A stretch of 61,551 bases of DNA from Ignavibacteriota bacterium (GCA_003142575.1 PLMS01000114.1:8227-69777), one strand, 5' to 3'; positions 10,343-20,633 are shown, counted from the stretch's first letter. Made by a program: numbers and translations. Notes: a model not told the origin generated them from the sequence alone.

Positions 10343-12220
10343 TCAATTCTCTTGTTTGACGTTTGGATAGAGTTTCTTTATACAATCAGGGCAAATACCG
10401 TGACTAAAGCGAGCCTGCGATCGCTCTTGAATATACGATTCAATTTGTGTCCAGAATCCTTTATCATCACGAATCTTTTTACAATTTGCACAGATTGGAA
10501 CAAGCCCGCTTAGTGTTTTGATATCGGCAAGGGCATCTTGAAGTTCTTTGATCATCCGTTCACGTTCGGCTTCGGCATTTTTTCTTTCCGTGATGTCGCT
10601 TGCGATACCAACCATGCCGATAACCTTCCCCCGACTATCGACCAAGGGAATTTTACTTGTGAGATGCCAGCGCTGTTCACCTGTATCTCGATGAAACGCT
10701 AGCTCCTCCCTTTCATACAATGCCTGACCTGTTTGAACAACCTTCATTTCATCCTCGGAATACTGCTTTGCTAATTCCGGCGGGTTGAAATCAAACGTTG
10801 TTTTGCCGAGGGCATCTTCTTGACGTTGTACTCCGATGGACCGAAGGTGCGGGAGATTATTGAGGACATATCGCCCTTCAGTATCCTTCGAGAAAATGAG
10901 GACGGGTAAATTATCGATTAATGTCCGGAGCAAATTGCGCTCATGCTCGAGTGTTTCTTCGTAATGTTTCCTGTCAGTAATATCGCGGCTAATCGTAATA
11001 TAGCTTGCCACTTTCCCTTGATTATCCTTCAGCGGAACTTTACTGGTAAGATGCCAATGTTTTTCACCGGTATCGTGGTGAAAAACTATCTCTTCTTTAT
11101 CGAGCACTGCTTCCCCAGTCTTAAGAACCTGCATTTCATATTCGTAATACTGCTGCACTAATTCGGCGGGGTGGAAATCAAACATTGTTTTCCCCAGCAC
11201 ATCCTCCTGATGTTCGACTCCAAGAGACCGCAAATGCGCAAGATTGTTGAGAAGATATCGACCTTCTAAGTCTTTATAATTGACTAGTTCAGGCATAGTA
11301 TCAATCAATGTTCGAAGAAGGTTGCGTTCATGTTCAAGCGCTTCCTGCACTCGTTTCTGCTCGGTGATATCATGGCTGATGCAAATAAAACCTGTTACTT
11401 TCCCTTTGCTATCCTTGACTGGTATTTTACTTGTAAGATGCCAATGCATTTTACCCGTATCCCTGCGAAAACATAACTCTTCTTTACGGATCATCGCCTC
11501 GCCGGATTGAACAACCTTCATCTCGTCTACAAAGTATTTTTCTGCTAATTCACGGGGGTGGTAATCGAATGTGGTTTTTCCAACTACATCTTCCTGACAC
11601 TTCGCCCCAATCGAACGCAAATGTGCAGGATTGTTGAGAATATAACGGCCTTGTTCATCTTTGTAATAAAATAGATCCGGCAAATTGTCAATCAGTACAC
11701 GGAGAAAGTTGCGTTCATGTTGGAGAGCTTCTTCGGCACGTTTACGAGAACTGATAACCTTAACCGCCGATATAACTGTTGGTTTTCCCTTCAACTCAAA
11801 TAAATGATTACTCACCTCAACTGGAATTCTATGACCATTTTTTGCAAGATGTATCCCTTCCCACACCATATATTTCTGTGTCATAAGTTTTTTCATCATC
11901 GCTTCAACGTGAGGGATGGTCTCGGGGGCATGAATGTCGTATGGACTTTTTTGGAGAAGTTCCTTCCGGGTGTACCCTAATTGTTTGCAGGCAACTCCAT
12001 TCACTTCGAGAAACTTAGAAGGCACCCCCCCTTGATTGGGAAATTCATAGACAAATATTTCATCATGAATACTATTGAAAAGAAGATTGTATAACTCAGT
12101 AAAAGGCAGTAGTACTGTTTTTGTCCTTTTGTTTGATGCGGCCTCATTTTTTTTTACGCGCTTGCGCAATCGAGCAACTTCGTTAAGAAGTTGAGCCTTT
12201 GTTTTGGTCATATGTTTCAT
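10343..12220 (-). CDS. Cytoplasmic 4xPAS protein with the same Cys-rich C-terminal module
   Basis: Four tandem PAS units, each ending ...HERNLLRTLID / ITERK. C-terminus LVPICANCKKIRDDKGFWTQIESYIQERSQARFSHGICPDCIKKLYP. No kinase, GGDEF or HTH domain. Confidence 0.8.
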   Translation of the reverse strand: MKHMTKTKAQLLNEVARLRKRVKKNEAASNKRTKTVLLPFTELYNLLFNSIHDEIFVYEFPNQGGVPSKFLEVNGVACKQLGYTRKELLQKSPYDIHAPETIPHVEAMMKKLMTQKYMVWEGIHLAKNGHRIPVEVSNHLFELKGKPTVISAVKVISSRKRAEEALQHERNFLRVLIDNLPDLFYYKDEQGRYILNNPAHLRSIGAKCQEDVVGKTTFDYHPRELAEKYFVDEMKVVQSGEAMIRKEELCFRRDTGKMHWHLTSKIPVKDSKGKVTGFICISHDITEQKRVQEALEHERNLLRTLIDTMPELVNYKDLEGRYLLNNLAHLRSLGVEHQEDVLGKTMFDFHPAELVQQYYEYEMQVLKTGEAVLDKEEIVFHHDTGEKHWHLTSKVPLKDNQGKVASYITISRDITDRKHYEETLEHERNLLRTLIDNLPVLIFSKDTEGRYVLNNLPHLRSIGVQRQEDALGKTTFDFNPPELAKQYSEDEMKVVQTGQALYEREELAFHRDTGEQRWHLTSKIPLVDSRGKVIGMVGIASDITERKNAEAERERMIKELQDALADIKTLSGLVPICANCKKIRDDKGFWTQIESYIQERSQARFSHGICPDCIKKLYPNVKQEN

Positions 12221-13142
12221 AGTGTAACTCCAACAAAATCTACAATACTATAGTCTCATACCAGCTTTTTCTGCTGCTCAATACTGCAAGCAATGAACAA
12301 AATAAAGAGAAGAAGCATTATAGAAATAGGCTTCATAAAAGTATCTATAAGATGAGAATGAATAATCGCGTAACTGTAGTTGGAAGAGTTCCACAAGGAA
12401 ATAACCCATATTCCTTTTCTCTTACGGTGATAACAGTCACAGCAGCGCCGGATATACATCTCTGCATACTGCGCGGGAATATCAGAAATGATGAATGAGA
12501 CAACAGCAGAATGGATATTCGCATGTGCATACGATGCAATGCTTACCTCTGTTCCCCTTTTTCACCGAGATGTGCATTATGGCATTCAACAATAAAATCT
12601 TCTGAAGAATCACCAAGACATCATCTGGTGGTAATTTTCGGCAAGACTCTTATCATCGTCAATGCCGAATGTACATAACCATTATTATTTGTACAAATGT
12701 ACTTTATATCCTCTTCAAAATCAAAAAATGTTGAAAAATAGAAGGTGAGGATAAAGAGCAATGAAACTTGCTCGCTCGACCCACGAGAAGTTGCAATTGT
12801 AGCGAAATTATGAGGCTTTCTAAACGTCTTATCTTAAAAAAAATATTTGTATCGACACCTCATCCCTTCCGGACTACCATTTTCTTGATAAGCTTTTTCA
12901 GGACGGCAACAACTAGCCGTTGATTTTATGAGATAGACCAAAAGAAAGAGTTTTTCTCAAACCCCTGCCTCAAAGATGGAAATACTATGGAGACAAAAAT
13001 AATGGTCATAAAATAACATTAACTTCTTAATAATTTTAAATCTTTGCTTCATTACTTTGTTTCATTATATCACATTTAAGCACGATTCTCTTGTTTTTTG
13101 TTCTTGATATTGAACTCCGCAATATCGAGATCCTGAATATAC

Positions 13143-13799
13143 CTACAAAACCGTTTTATATTCGATTGCGAACTTGAGGAGGGAATGACTTCCGTGGATT
13201 TCAAGCTTGTTGCAGATATTGGTTCGATGATTCTCGACGGTCCGATAACTGATATGTAACTCATCTCCGATTTCTTTACTCGTTTTGTTTCCCGAGATGA
13301 GGCGTAGTACTTTGCGTTCGGTGGCTGTGAGGCTCTCCAACTGAGGTTTCTTCTTGAGCAGTGAACGGGCGTAATCACCTCTGCTGATGAGGTATTCTGA
13401 GATAGACGGACTGAGGTAGTACCGTCCATTTGCAACGGTCTTGATAGCGGCAACAATATCACTTACTGCGCTTTCCTTCAGTACATACCCTTTCACTCCA
13501 AGATCCATCGCCTCGTTGAACATATCTTCTTCTTTGTACATCGTTAAGAAGACAATATGAGATGGGAGATGTCGCCTGATGATTTCCTCTGCAACCTGAA
13601 GACCGGTCAATCCCGGCATTTCAATATCAAGTACGATGACATCCGGTTTGAGTTTTTCCGTAAGATGCAGTGCTTGTTGTCCGTCCTCCGCTTCACCGAT
13701 GATTTCTATGGAACGTTCAGATCCAATTGCTAAGAGTAGGCCTTTGCGAAATATCGGATGATCATCTGCGATGATGATTCGTAATTTAGTTTTCGCCAT
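13143..13799 (-). CDS. NarL/LuxR-family response regulator (REC + LuxR HTH)
   Basis: REC motifs IIIADDHPIFR, PDVIVLDIEMPG, YVLKES. C-terminal LTATERKVLRLISGNKTSKEIGDELHISYRTVENHR is a LuxR-type HTH. Confidence 0.9.
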   Translation of the reverse strand: MAKTKLRIIIADDHPIFRKGLLLAIGSERSIEIIGEAEDGQQALHLTEKLKPDVIVLDIEMPGLTGLQVAEEIIRRHLPSHIVFLTMYKEEDMFNEAMDLGVKGYVLKESAVSDIVAAIKTVANGRYYLSPSISEYLISRGDYARSLLKKKPQLESLTATERKVLRLISGNKTSKEIGDELHISYRTVENHRTNICNKLEIHGSHSLLKFAIEYKTVL

Positions 13800-14724
13800 C
13801 TATTCTATCGTACGTTTTAATTGTTATTAATACTCTGGTTCCTTTTCCAGGGTTCGATTCAATTCTCATCGTTCCTCCAATAAATCGAGTACGTTCTACA
13901 ATTCCCTGTAATCCTATCCCGCGTTCATTTTGAGTTCGCTGCTGTGAAACATCAAATCCGGTACCGTTATCTTCTACGTCAATGTTCAATCGATTATACC
14001 ATCGCTTGATGGTAACTTTTCCGGCAGTCGCATGCGCATGTTTGATGATATTATTGACGCATTCCTGTATAATTCTATAGACATGAATTTCCATTTCTTT
14101 TGGAATAAGATTATCAATGGGATCGATATCTGATGCAAAGGAAATCGTCGTCGTCTGCGCTGCCCTATTGATAATCGATTCGAGCGACTTCTTCAATCCT
14201 AATCTATCAATCTGGTAGGGACGAAGATTATTCGTGATCTCTCTGGTTCCTTGGATTGCTTGCGATGCTGTATGAGAAATCTCATCGAGTTGTTCTCGCA
14301 CATTTTTCTTATTCTTCAGATCACTTAATGCCAACAATGCCCTGTTCTTAATGATGAGAAGCTCCTGGCCAATGCTGTCGTGCAATTCAGTAGCTATGCG
14401 TTTTCGTTCTGCTTCCATCGAATCAATCAATTGCCGTGTAAATACATTTTGTTGCTGTAAGGATCGACGACGACGCTTTCGCTGAAAATAGAATGCATAT
14501 CCAATCAGAGCGAGAATACCAATCAGCATAATCTGGAAATACAACGTTTCCCAAAATGGTGGTTGGTCTACAAAAAAAACTGTCGTCATGAAGTCTAATT
14601 GAATAATAATCTTCTGCCCCATAGAAATAATCGAAAGGATAAAATAACTCTTTTCACAAGCATAGTACGAGAAAAACGTAGTAGTGTCAAGAAAGGGATT
14701 GAAGAGAAGAGGAAGACTCTTCAT
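13786..14724 (-). CDS. HisKA_3/HATPase_c sensor histidine kinase (NarX/DegS type), short N-terminus
   Basis: TM LYFQIMLIGILALIGYAFYF. H-box ERKRIATELHDSIGQ. N, G1 and G2 boxes (ECVNNIIKHA, DNGTGF, GIGLQGIVER). Overlaps the downstream regulator by 14 nt. Its start codon lies 4 nt from the prophage end. Confidence 0.85.
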   Translation of the reverse strand: MKSLPLLFNPFLDTTTFFSYYACEKSYFILSIISMGQKIIIQLDFMTTVFFVDQPPFWETLYFQIMLIGILALIGYAFYFQRKRRRRSLQQQNVFTRQLIDSMEAERKRIATELHDSIGQELLIIKNRALLALSDLKNKKNVREQLDEISHTASQAIQGTREITNNLRPYQIDRLGLKKSLESIINRAAQTTTISFASDIDPIDNLIPKEMEIHVYRIIQECVNNIIKHAHATAGKVTIKRWYNRLNIDVEDNGTGFDVSQQRTQNERGIGLQGIVERTRFIGGTMRIESNPGKGTRVLITIKTYDRIDGEN

Positions 14725-14774
14725 TAATGTACGCGATCACATTAAAGCATGGTACCCATCACATTATTTGAGAG
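14724..14774. repeat. Left prophage end: terminal inverted repeat plus two ATCACATTA sites
   Basis: TTAATGTACGCGATCACATTAAAGCATGGTAC (14724-14755) aligns with the reverse complement of 55778-55808. ATCACATTA occurs at 14736-14744 and 14758-14766. Confidence 0.6.
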
Positions 14775-14888
14775 TCCCAATTTAGGACACTTGACAGATT
14801 GTCAGGAGTGATTCAAGAATATTGTCTGCCAAATTTTCGCAAAATTTACCGACCATCAAAGGCAGTTCAAAGACGATTCAGCCTCGCT

Positions 14889-15686
14889 TCAAGCCGGTGC
14901 TGGGACGGTATACCCGCCCGGCAAGCTCGTTGCGATGCCTACGCGTTCCTCGTCGAACTCGATGCCACTTACAGGAAATGCGACATTGCCTTTACCGACC
15001 CACGGCAAATAGTTCTTTTTAAAACGTACGAAGTGCCAATTGCCGTCCATATCGCAGAACCAAAAAGGATATTGCATCCCATTCACAGCTCTCACTAATC
15101 GAACCCATCCATAGAGCTGCAAGGCTGTCAAACTTTTAGAGTTTATCATCCACGTCTCGCGGTCACCGTGCATAGATGATCCATATTTTAATCCACTCAT
15201 CGATTCTACTACCACGGCATCTGCCTGGGGGCCGCGCTCAGGAGAATTAAGATAGAGCGACATATCTGCACGCGCACCAAAATATAATAACCCAACTTGC
15301 GGTATAGCACTTAATGCGCTCGATTTTACAAATGCTAATCGTGCATATGCATTAAAAGTGTTAGTGAATGGAATATATAATGGATCAGGAAAACTCGTTA
15401 AGGTTGCCACCTGTTTCCAATCCGATCCATTTGTAGCTACGTCTATCTCTAATAATGTTAGTCCCAAGTTCGCAAGATTATGATTAGCAATTAGTGCATT
15501 ATCTATATTTTTTGCGATTATAAATTGTGCCTGCAGTGTTTGATTCTGTGCAGCCGATCCGCTCTTCCATAGCGTATCATATCGATCGTCCTGCAATTGT
15601 GTGGTCGGGAAGCCGGTTGCACTTCCTGCAGACGCTGTCAACGTCGCGGCTTTCACACCTTCAAAAACGAAAATTGGATTACTCAT
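14889..15686 (-). CDS. Distal tail protein, possible carbohydrate-binding (discoidin-like) receptor-binding protein
   Basis: Last ORF of the tail arm, overlapping the 858-aa ORF by 4 nt. TTQLQDDRYDTLWKSG resembles the F5/8 type C motif. The function is inferred. Confidence 0.4.
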   Translation of the reverse strand: MSNPIFVFEGVKAATLTASAGSATGFPTTQLQDDRYDTLWKSGSAAQNQTLQAQFIIAKNIDNALIANHNLANLGLTLLEIDVATNGSDWKQVATLTSFPDPLYIPFTNTFNAYARLAFVKSSALSAIPQVGLLYFGARADMSLYLNSPERGPQADAVVVESMSGLKYGSSMHGDRETWMINSKSLTALQLYGWVRLVRAVNGMQYPFWFCDMDGNWHFVRFKKNYLPWVGKGNVAFPVSGIEFDEERVGIATSLPGGYTVPAPA

Positions 15687-18259
15687 ACTACCACCTCAAA
15701 TTCAGTCGTTCCATCTCGCGAGATACCCTGCCCAATAATAGGTCCGCTTGCCGGCACAGATTCTACAAGTGTATTTATCTTTCCGGAGAAATCCAGGTTC
15801 GCTCCATCGAAGGGTTCAAACTGGAAAAAAGGAATTACCGGCGTCGGAACCTGATAGCGAGTCTTGCTCGTCTTCCAATAATTGTAATACCAATCAGCAA
15901 AGTCTTTCAGTAAATTATCGGCGATGAATCTGCAAGAAACTTGAAGCTCTTTGTCGTCTCCCATCGCAACCGCATCAAATCCATTTGCATCGCACGAAAC
16001 GCTATTCACGCCATTATCGACAGTGACGACATCATAAGCGTCTCCATAACCGGTATCTTCTGAAATATTCTTTGCCTTGTCCGCATCGAGCGTTACTGTA
16101 TTACCTGTTGTGACGGGCAATCCATTCTCATCGAATCGTCTATAAGCAAACGCTTGCTTCTGACCGCTGATGCGAGGCATAAGATTGAAACCAAAAAGCT
16201 CTTTCAATGCGTCGTAAATTGTTGTGGAACTGTAATCGGCTTCTGCTGCGATATACATCGAGATGGTAGAAGCGAATTCGAATAACAATCCAAGGGGAAG
16301 TGAAAGACCAATTAACCTATTGTTGACCGTATCACAACAAACTTGATTTGCGGAAACTACTTCGTCGACATTAATACCTACCGGCAAAGGATCACCAATT
16401 TGGGTAGCTGAATCACCATCCGTGGTGTTATTTATTCTATGGATTTTTTGCTGAACGGCACCTTTGTCAAACCAATAGACCCATGCATTCGCTTCGCCAG
16501 GAACAACATATTCAGCGGCAACAAATCCGACCGGTTCTAATTGCGAAGAGTCAACAAGTGAAGACTCGTCTGTAAGAGAATTGTTTGCCACTGGGTCCCA
16601 TTTCACAAACTCCCAGTATGTAGTGAATATGGTCTCGTAATCCGCCAGGTAACACTTTGCTCCCATCCACAATCCAAGCGTGTGAGAATACACCGCCCTG
16701 AGAATCGGAACATCGCAATGAGCATGCATTGTGGTTAAATGAAATGTCCCGCCACTATATGATACTTTTGTAAAATCAGTACTAAAAATTATCTGATAAT
16801 AATAATTCCCCGAGCCATCGCAGAATGCAGGCCAGTTCAACGATTGACCGCTTGCATCAGCCGTTGTGTGAGTCACTTCCGTGAGAGTGTTTAGAAGAAA
16901 AAGATTCGTCGTGATATATGTAACCCAATTAAGATAAAAGATACCGCGTGTTGTCAGATCGAGCGCGAAGTTCGCCTCTGAACCTTTTACAGTTGTAGTG
17001 CGCGTTATCGTATAGGTATCGATTGAAGCTCCCGATATGCCAAGTCTGACTATCTTGTGCGCGCCTGCCGCATTCCGGCAAACGCCCCAAATAAATCCGG
17101 ATGCAGAATCTTCGCTCCATAATTTTACAATGGCATAGCCGGTCGGTAGCGTGCCAATGAGAGTATAGAGATGCGTTGATAAATCATGCTTATAAATTCT
17201 ATCTTTGATTCCGATCCAGAGCAAATTATTCGTATTGTCACATGCAATTGCACTGGGTTTATCATAATAACTATCGCCGGGCGGAACATCCCAAAATGAT
17301 ACTACGCGCCTACCGTCAAACGTCTTAATTCGGAAGTTATCGAACGTGTAATTCGTAATTCCGATTTGTTCGAACATTCTTCGAAGCAATTGAAAAACCC
17401 AAAAATGATTAAACCATGTCTGCGGCAATGCATCGCCCGTTACATTTTGGATAATTCCCTGCGTTACCGCTGTAATCAATGGTTGAAGTTCCAACACCTT
17501 TATGTAGATCAAAACCTTCTGTGTATCAAATTCGTTAATATCGCCTACCGATCCATTTCCATTGCCGAGTGTAATGGTCCCATTCGTCGTCGGAAGTGTT
17601 ACCTCGATGCCGCCATCTAAACTTGCAGTCCATACATTCGGAGTTCCAGCCGTGTAACTTAGTTGGAGAGAATGTATTCCCTTCTTTAGTGGGAAGTAAG
17701 TCACATTGGAACTGGTGAGATAGAGTCCTGAAAGTTTTTCAAGCCTTAATCCAACCAGGGAAGCACCATCTGTATTGTTATCTAATATTTGTATCGTTAT
17801 TGCAACCGCACTCGTGCGTGCTGCATATTCCAAATATCCCGCAACTGAAAATACAACGGTATCCGTTGCCTCATCGCTCGTTACGCACCAGTTGCCGTCT
17901 TTTTTCTTATCGATCCATCCGCCAAAAGGAGTGATTGTATCTGAGGTCAAATCGTTCAGCCAAAACTCTACTTTTAACTCTAAATATTGTGTCGCATTAA
18001 AAATATTCGCCTTCCACCATGCAATATCGAGACCTTTAAAACTCAAAACCGTCGTCGCAAATTGTCCCATCAGCAATTCAATCGATTCGGAGATTTTATC
18101 CGGCATCGTATTATCGAGATGGTCGGTCACATCGATCCACGTGCCCACAGATTGCGCTTCATTGAGTACCGCGACTTTCTTCACCGATACCTTCCAATGG
18201 ACCGTCTTTCCGGCGGCGATTGCATACACATCATAATCTGCTGAAACTGCTTTTCTCAT
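15683..18259 (-). CDS. Large tail tip / host-specificity protein
   Basis: 858 aa, immediately downstream of the tape measure gene on the same strand. Beta-rich with no enzymatic motifs that I recognised. Call rests on position and size. Confidence 0.45.
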   Translation of the reverse strand: MRKAVSADYDVYAIAAGKTVHWKVSVKKVAVLNEAQSVGTWIDVTDHLDNTMPDKISESIELLMGQFATTVLSFKGLDIAWWKANIFNATQYLELKVEFWLNDLTSDTITPFGGWIDKKKDGNWCVTSDEATDTVVFSVAGYLEYAARTSAVAITIQILDNNTDGASLVGLRLEKLSGLYLTSSNVTYFPLKKGIHSLQLSYTAGTPNVWTASLDGGIEVTLPTTNGTITLGNGNGSVGDINEFDTQKVLIYIKVLELQPLITAVTQGIIQNVTGDALPQTWFNHFWVFQLLRRMFEQIGITNYTFDNFRIKTFDGRRVVSFWDVPPGDSYYDKPSAIACDNTNNLLWIGIKDRIYKHDLSTHLYTLIGTLPTGYAIVKLWSEDSASGFIWGVCRNAAGAHKIVRLGISGASIDTYTITRTTTVKGSEANFALDLTTRGIFYLNWVTYITTNLFLLNTLTEVTHTTADASGQSLNWPAFCDGSGNYYYQIIFSTDFTKVSYSGGTFHLTTMHAHCDVPILRAVYSHTLGLWMGAKCYLADYETIFTTYWEFVKWDPVANNSLTDESSLVDSSQLEPVGFVAAEYVVPGEANAWVYWFDKGAVQQKIHRINNTTDGDSATQIGDPLPVGINVDEVVSANQVCCDTVNNRLIGLSLPLGLLFEFASTISMYIAAEADYSSTTIYDALKELFGFNLMPRISGQKQAFAYRRFDENGLPVTTGNTVTLDADKAKNISEDTGYGDAYDVVTVDNGVNSVSCDANGFDAVAMGDDKELQVSCRFIADNLLKDFADWYYNYWKTSKTRYQVPTPVIPFFQFEPFDGANLDFSGKINTLVESVPASGPIIGQGISRDGTTEFEVVV

Positions 18260-18288
18260 TTACGATTCATCTCTTCCCCTTTTCTATT

Positions 18289-18332
18289 CTCTCCCCCTTT
18301 TAGGGGGAGATGCAAGAGGGGGTTCGGGTGGG
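18289..18332 (+). repeat. TCTCCCCC-hairpin / purine mirror element, copy A
   Basis: CTCTCCCCC-TTTTA-GGGGGAGA, then TGCAAGAGGGGGTTCGGGTGGG. Lies between the 858-aa ORF start and the tape measure stop. Confidence 0.7.
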
Positions 18333-18333
18333 T

Positions 18334-20622
18334 TCAAACATTCTTCCATTTATTAATAAACACTTCATCAATTGAGGAAGCACCAAGCTCTCGCATTAAC
18401 TTCTCTAATGCCGGTTTTAAATTGTCGCGCACATATTGATCTGTTCCAATAACAGTGTTCACATTGACATTCAGGTGCACCTGATTGTTTCCAGCACCGC
18501 CTCCGGATGCGCCTCCGGATTGGTTTGATATTGCAATCTGCGCCTTTACCGCTTCCACTGCTGCATCTCGCAGATCTTGCTGTCTCAATGCTGCCGGAGC
18601 GGCCATCGTCTGTTTGTTGATCGTCGGTAGATAAGTATTCCGCATTGCGGATTGCACATTTACTTTTTCGCCCGAGCTGACACCGATCATAAAATTATCT
18701 TTGTCATATCCGGGTGGAACAATAAAACCTTCCGGTGGTGTGCCTTGCGCAAACTTGGGAACCAAACTGAGAACTTGTGAAGTCGCGAAGGTGGTGGCCA
18801 TACCTGCATCCGCTGCTATGTCTGCTGCTCCGAAACTTGCTATCGAAACCAATGTTGCAGCGGGAAGTGCCGCCGCCGCTATTGTTGTCATCGAGGTGGT
18901 GACTGCTGTGGTGCTTGCAATTGCACTTGAATCACTAATTGCGGCATTGGCAATAGCCGCTGTTGCCCATTTCGCTACATAGTCCGCAAGAAAATCTACC
19001 AAAGATCCCTTCATACTTTGCCAGACAGTATTCCATGTCACGGCAGCGCCTTTCAATCCTTCCGCCCATGATGCTATCCCTGCTCTCATAGGACCAATGA
19101 TGTATTGATGCTCATCAGTCCACGCCTTTATTTCTTTGGCTTTTTGTTTAGCTGTTTCATCCGCAAGTTTGGCAACGTAACTTACTAATTGCTGTTCTAT
19201 CGCCTTAACCTTATTTGCATTTTCCGCTTTGTCGGCAGCCATCTTCGCATCGATAGCACTTATTTGCTTAGCAAGATCTGCCTGCTGCTTTATTTGCCCG
19301 GCATCGTTAACATCAATAATCGCATTGAGCACATTGAGACTGTTTTGCAATCGCGCTCGCTGTGCAGTCATACTCTGTGTATCGATTTCTTCCTGAGTCA
19401 ATCCTTTTTGGATGCCTTGGATGCGCATAGTATTCAGATCGCGCTCAAACCATGAGTCCGATGCCGATTGTTTTGCGTTTGCTAATTGCTCGGCTGCTTT
19501 TTCGGCTTTCTGATCTTCCTGATCAGATTCCTTTTGGTCCTTGTCAGCTTGTGCTTTTTCCTGATCGTCATATTTTTTGTTTATCTGAGCTATTAGCGCA
19601 TTGTGTTTTTCGGTTGAAGCGACAAGTGCATCGTGATGACCCTTCCATTCGTCCTGCTCTTTATTATATGTCAGCGTTGCGTCGGCAAGTTCTTTTTTAC
19701 GGCTATCGGCAATAGCATCAACTTCTGCTTTGACTGTAAATGCGATCGCTTCTGCAGTGCTTTTTGTTTTAGATTTTAATTCTGCATCGGCAGCATCACG
19801 AAGTTTAGTCTCTGTATCAAGACGTTCTTGCTCATTTTTGATAGATTTTTTTAAAGCCTCACCTTCGTCATCTATCATCATTCCATGCTGCTTCAGATGT
19901 TCTTTCATCTGGTTAATATCTTTTTGTCGAATATCTATATTTTTTTGCAAGCCATCACGATAGGATTGTAAATCTGTTATCGACACGCCCCTCATGGCTA
20001 CCGATAATTCATCGAGGGCTTCTTTTTGTCGGTTCATTGCCTCGGTGTTATCGTTAAACACTTTGGCGAGTGTTATACCGACAGTGACAACTAAACCTAT
20101 AGCGATTGCGAGAACTCCCAATTCCGGATTGACCATCAAGAGCATCATTGCCACTTCAAATCCTGCCCCTACGCCTTCTTTTAATCCCTTGGTGAGCGAA
20201 CTGGTTTTCTTCTCGGCGCCATCGGCACTATCGCCCATTTGCTGCATACTCATCATGAGAAATGATAAAGCTCCCATGCCCATCATTGCTTCGCGCCGCA
20301 TACCGCGCAGTGTATCGGATTTTTTAAATAATGCTTTTTCGGCTTTGCCGGTTTCGTTTGTTAAATTTTGTTCAACCGGAATAGCAGTCTGATTCGAAGC
20401 AATGCTGCTTTGATTCGCCCCTACATATTCTTTGGTGCGATCTGCAAGCCCCTTCAATTGCGCTTCGAGTCCCGAATAATCCGGTGGTTTCGCATTAACC
20501 GTGAGAAGCTGATTGAGCTGTTGACCGGTTGTCTCCGTCATCGAGAGCATAGTTTTCAACCCATCGACAAATGGCGCCAGGTCAACTGTGAAAACTGTTT
20601 TTACTTCGCTAACAGGAGACAT
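18334..20622 (-). CDS. Tail tape measure protein
   Basis: 762 aa. Long A/K/E/Q-rich coiled-coil centre with hydrophobic segments (LGVLAIAIGLVVTVGITLA). Directly downstream of the frameshifted chaperone pair. Confidence 0.8.
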   Translation of the reverse strand: MSPVSEVKTVFTVDLAPFVDGLKTMLSMTETTGQQLNQLLTVNAKPPDYSGLEAQLKGLADRTKEYVGANQSSIASNQTAIPVEQNLTNETGKAEKALFKKSDTLRGMRREAMMGMGALSFLMMSMQQMGDSADGAEKKTSSLTKGLKEGVGAGFEVAMMLLMVNPELGVLAIAIGLVVTVGITLAKVFNDNTEAMNRQKEALDELSVAMRGVSITDLQSYRDGLQKNIDIRQKDINQMKEHLKQHGMMIDDEGEALKKSIKNEQERLDTETKLRDAADAELKSKTKSTAEAIAFTVKAEVDAIADSRKKELADATLTYNKEQDEWKGHHDALVASTEKHNALIAQINKKYDDQEKAQADKDQKESDQEDQKAEKAAEQLANAKQSASDSWFERDLNTMRIQGIQKGLTQEEIDTQSMTAQRARLQNSLNVLNAIIDVNDAGQIKQQADLAKQISAIDAKMAADKAENANKVKAIEQQLVSYVAKLADETAKQKAKEIKAWTDEHQYIIGPMRAGIASWAEGLKGAAVTWNTVWQSMKGSLVDFLADYVAKWATAAIANAAISDSSAIASTTAVTTSMTTIAAAALPAATLVSIASFGAADIAADAGMATTFATSQVLSLVPKFAQGTPPEGFIVPPGYDKDNFMIGVSSGEKVNVQSAMRNTYLPTINKQTMAAPAALRQQDLRDAAVEAVKAQIAISNQSGGASGGGAGNNQVHLNVNVNTVIGTDQYVRDNLKPALEKLMRELGASSIDEVFINKWKNV

Positions 20623-20633
20623 CTTCTTTCCTC

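Noticed and set aside
12256-13075. Small ORFs (12256..12459, 12345..12539) and possible regulatory RNA in the ~900-bp gap upstream of the response regulator
   Set aside because: The ORFs overlap each other, lack SDs and have implausible composition. I saw TGTACA-containing repeats near 12670-12700 but nothing I could support as a defined site.
13076-13462. 128-aa minus-strand ORF overlapping the response regulator in another frame
   Set aside because: The REC+LuxR frame (13143..13799) has complete canonical motifs. The alternative frame has none.
13786-14731. The histidine kinase being a 5'-truncated Y_Y_Y-type sensor split by the prophage insertion
   Set aside because: I joined the two host flanks at the TTAA (14727 to 55808). 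This gives an in-frame stop about 25 codons upstream of the kinase ATG, with only ~130 bp to uvrB. No large N-terminal sensor domain could have been encoded there. The short kinase appears native, although its 5' region was displaced.
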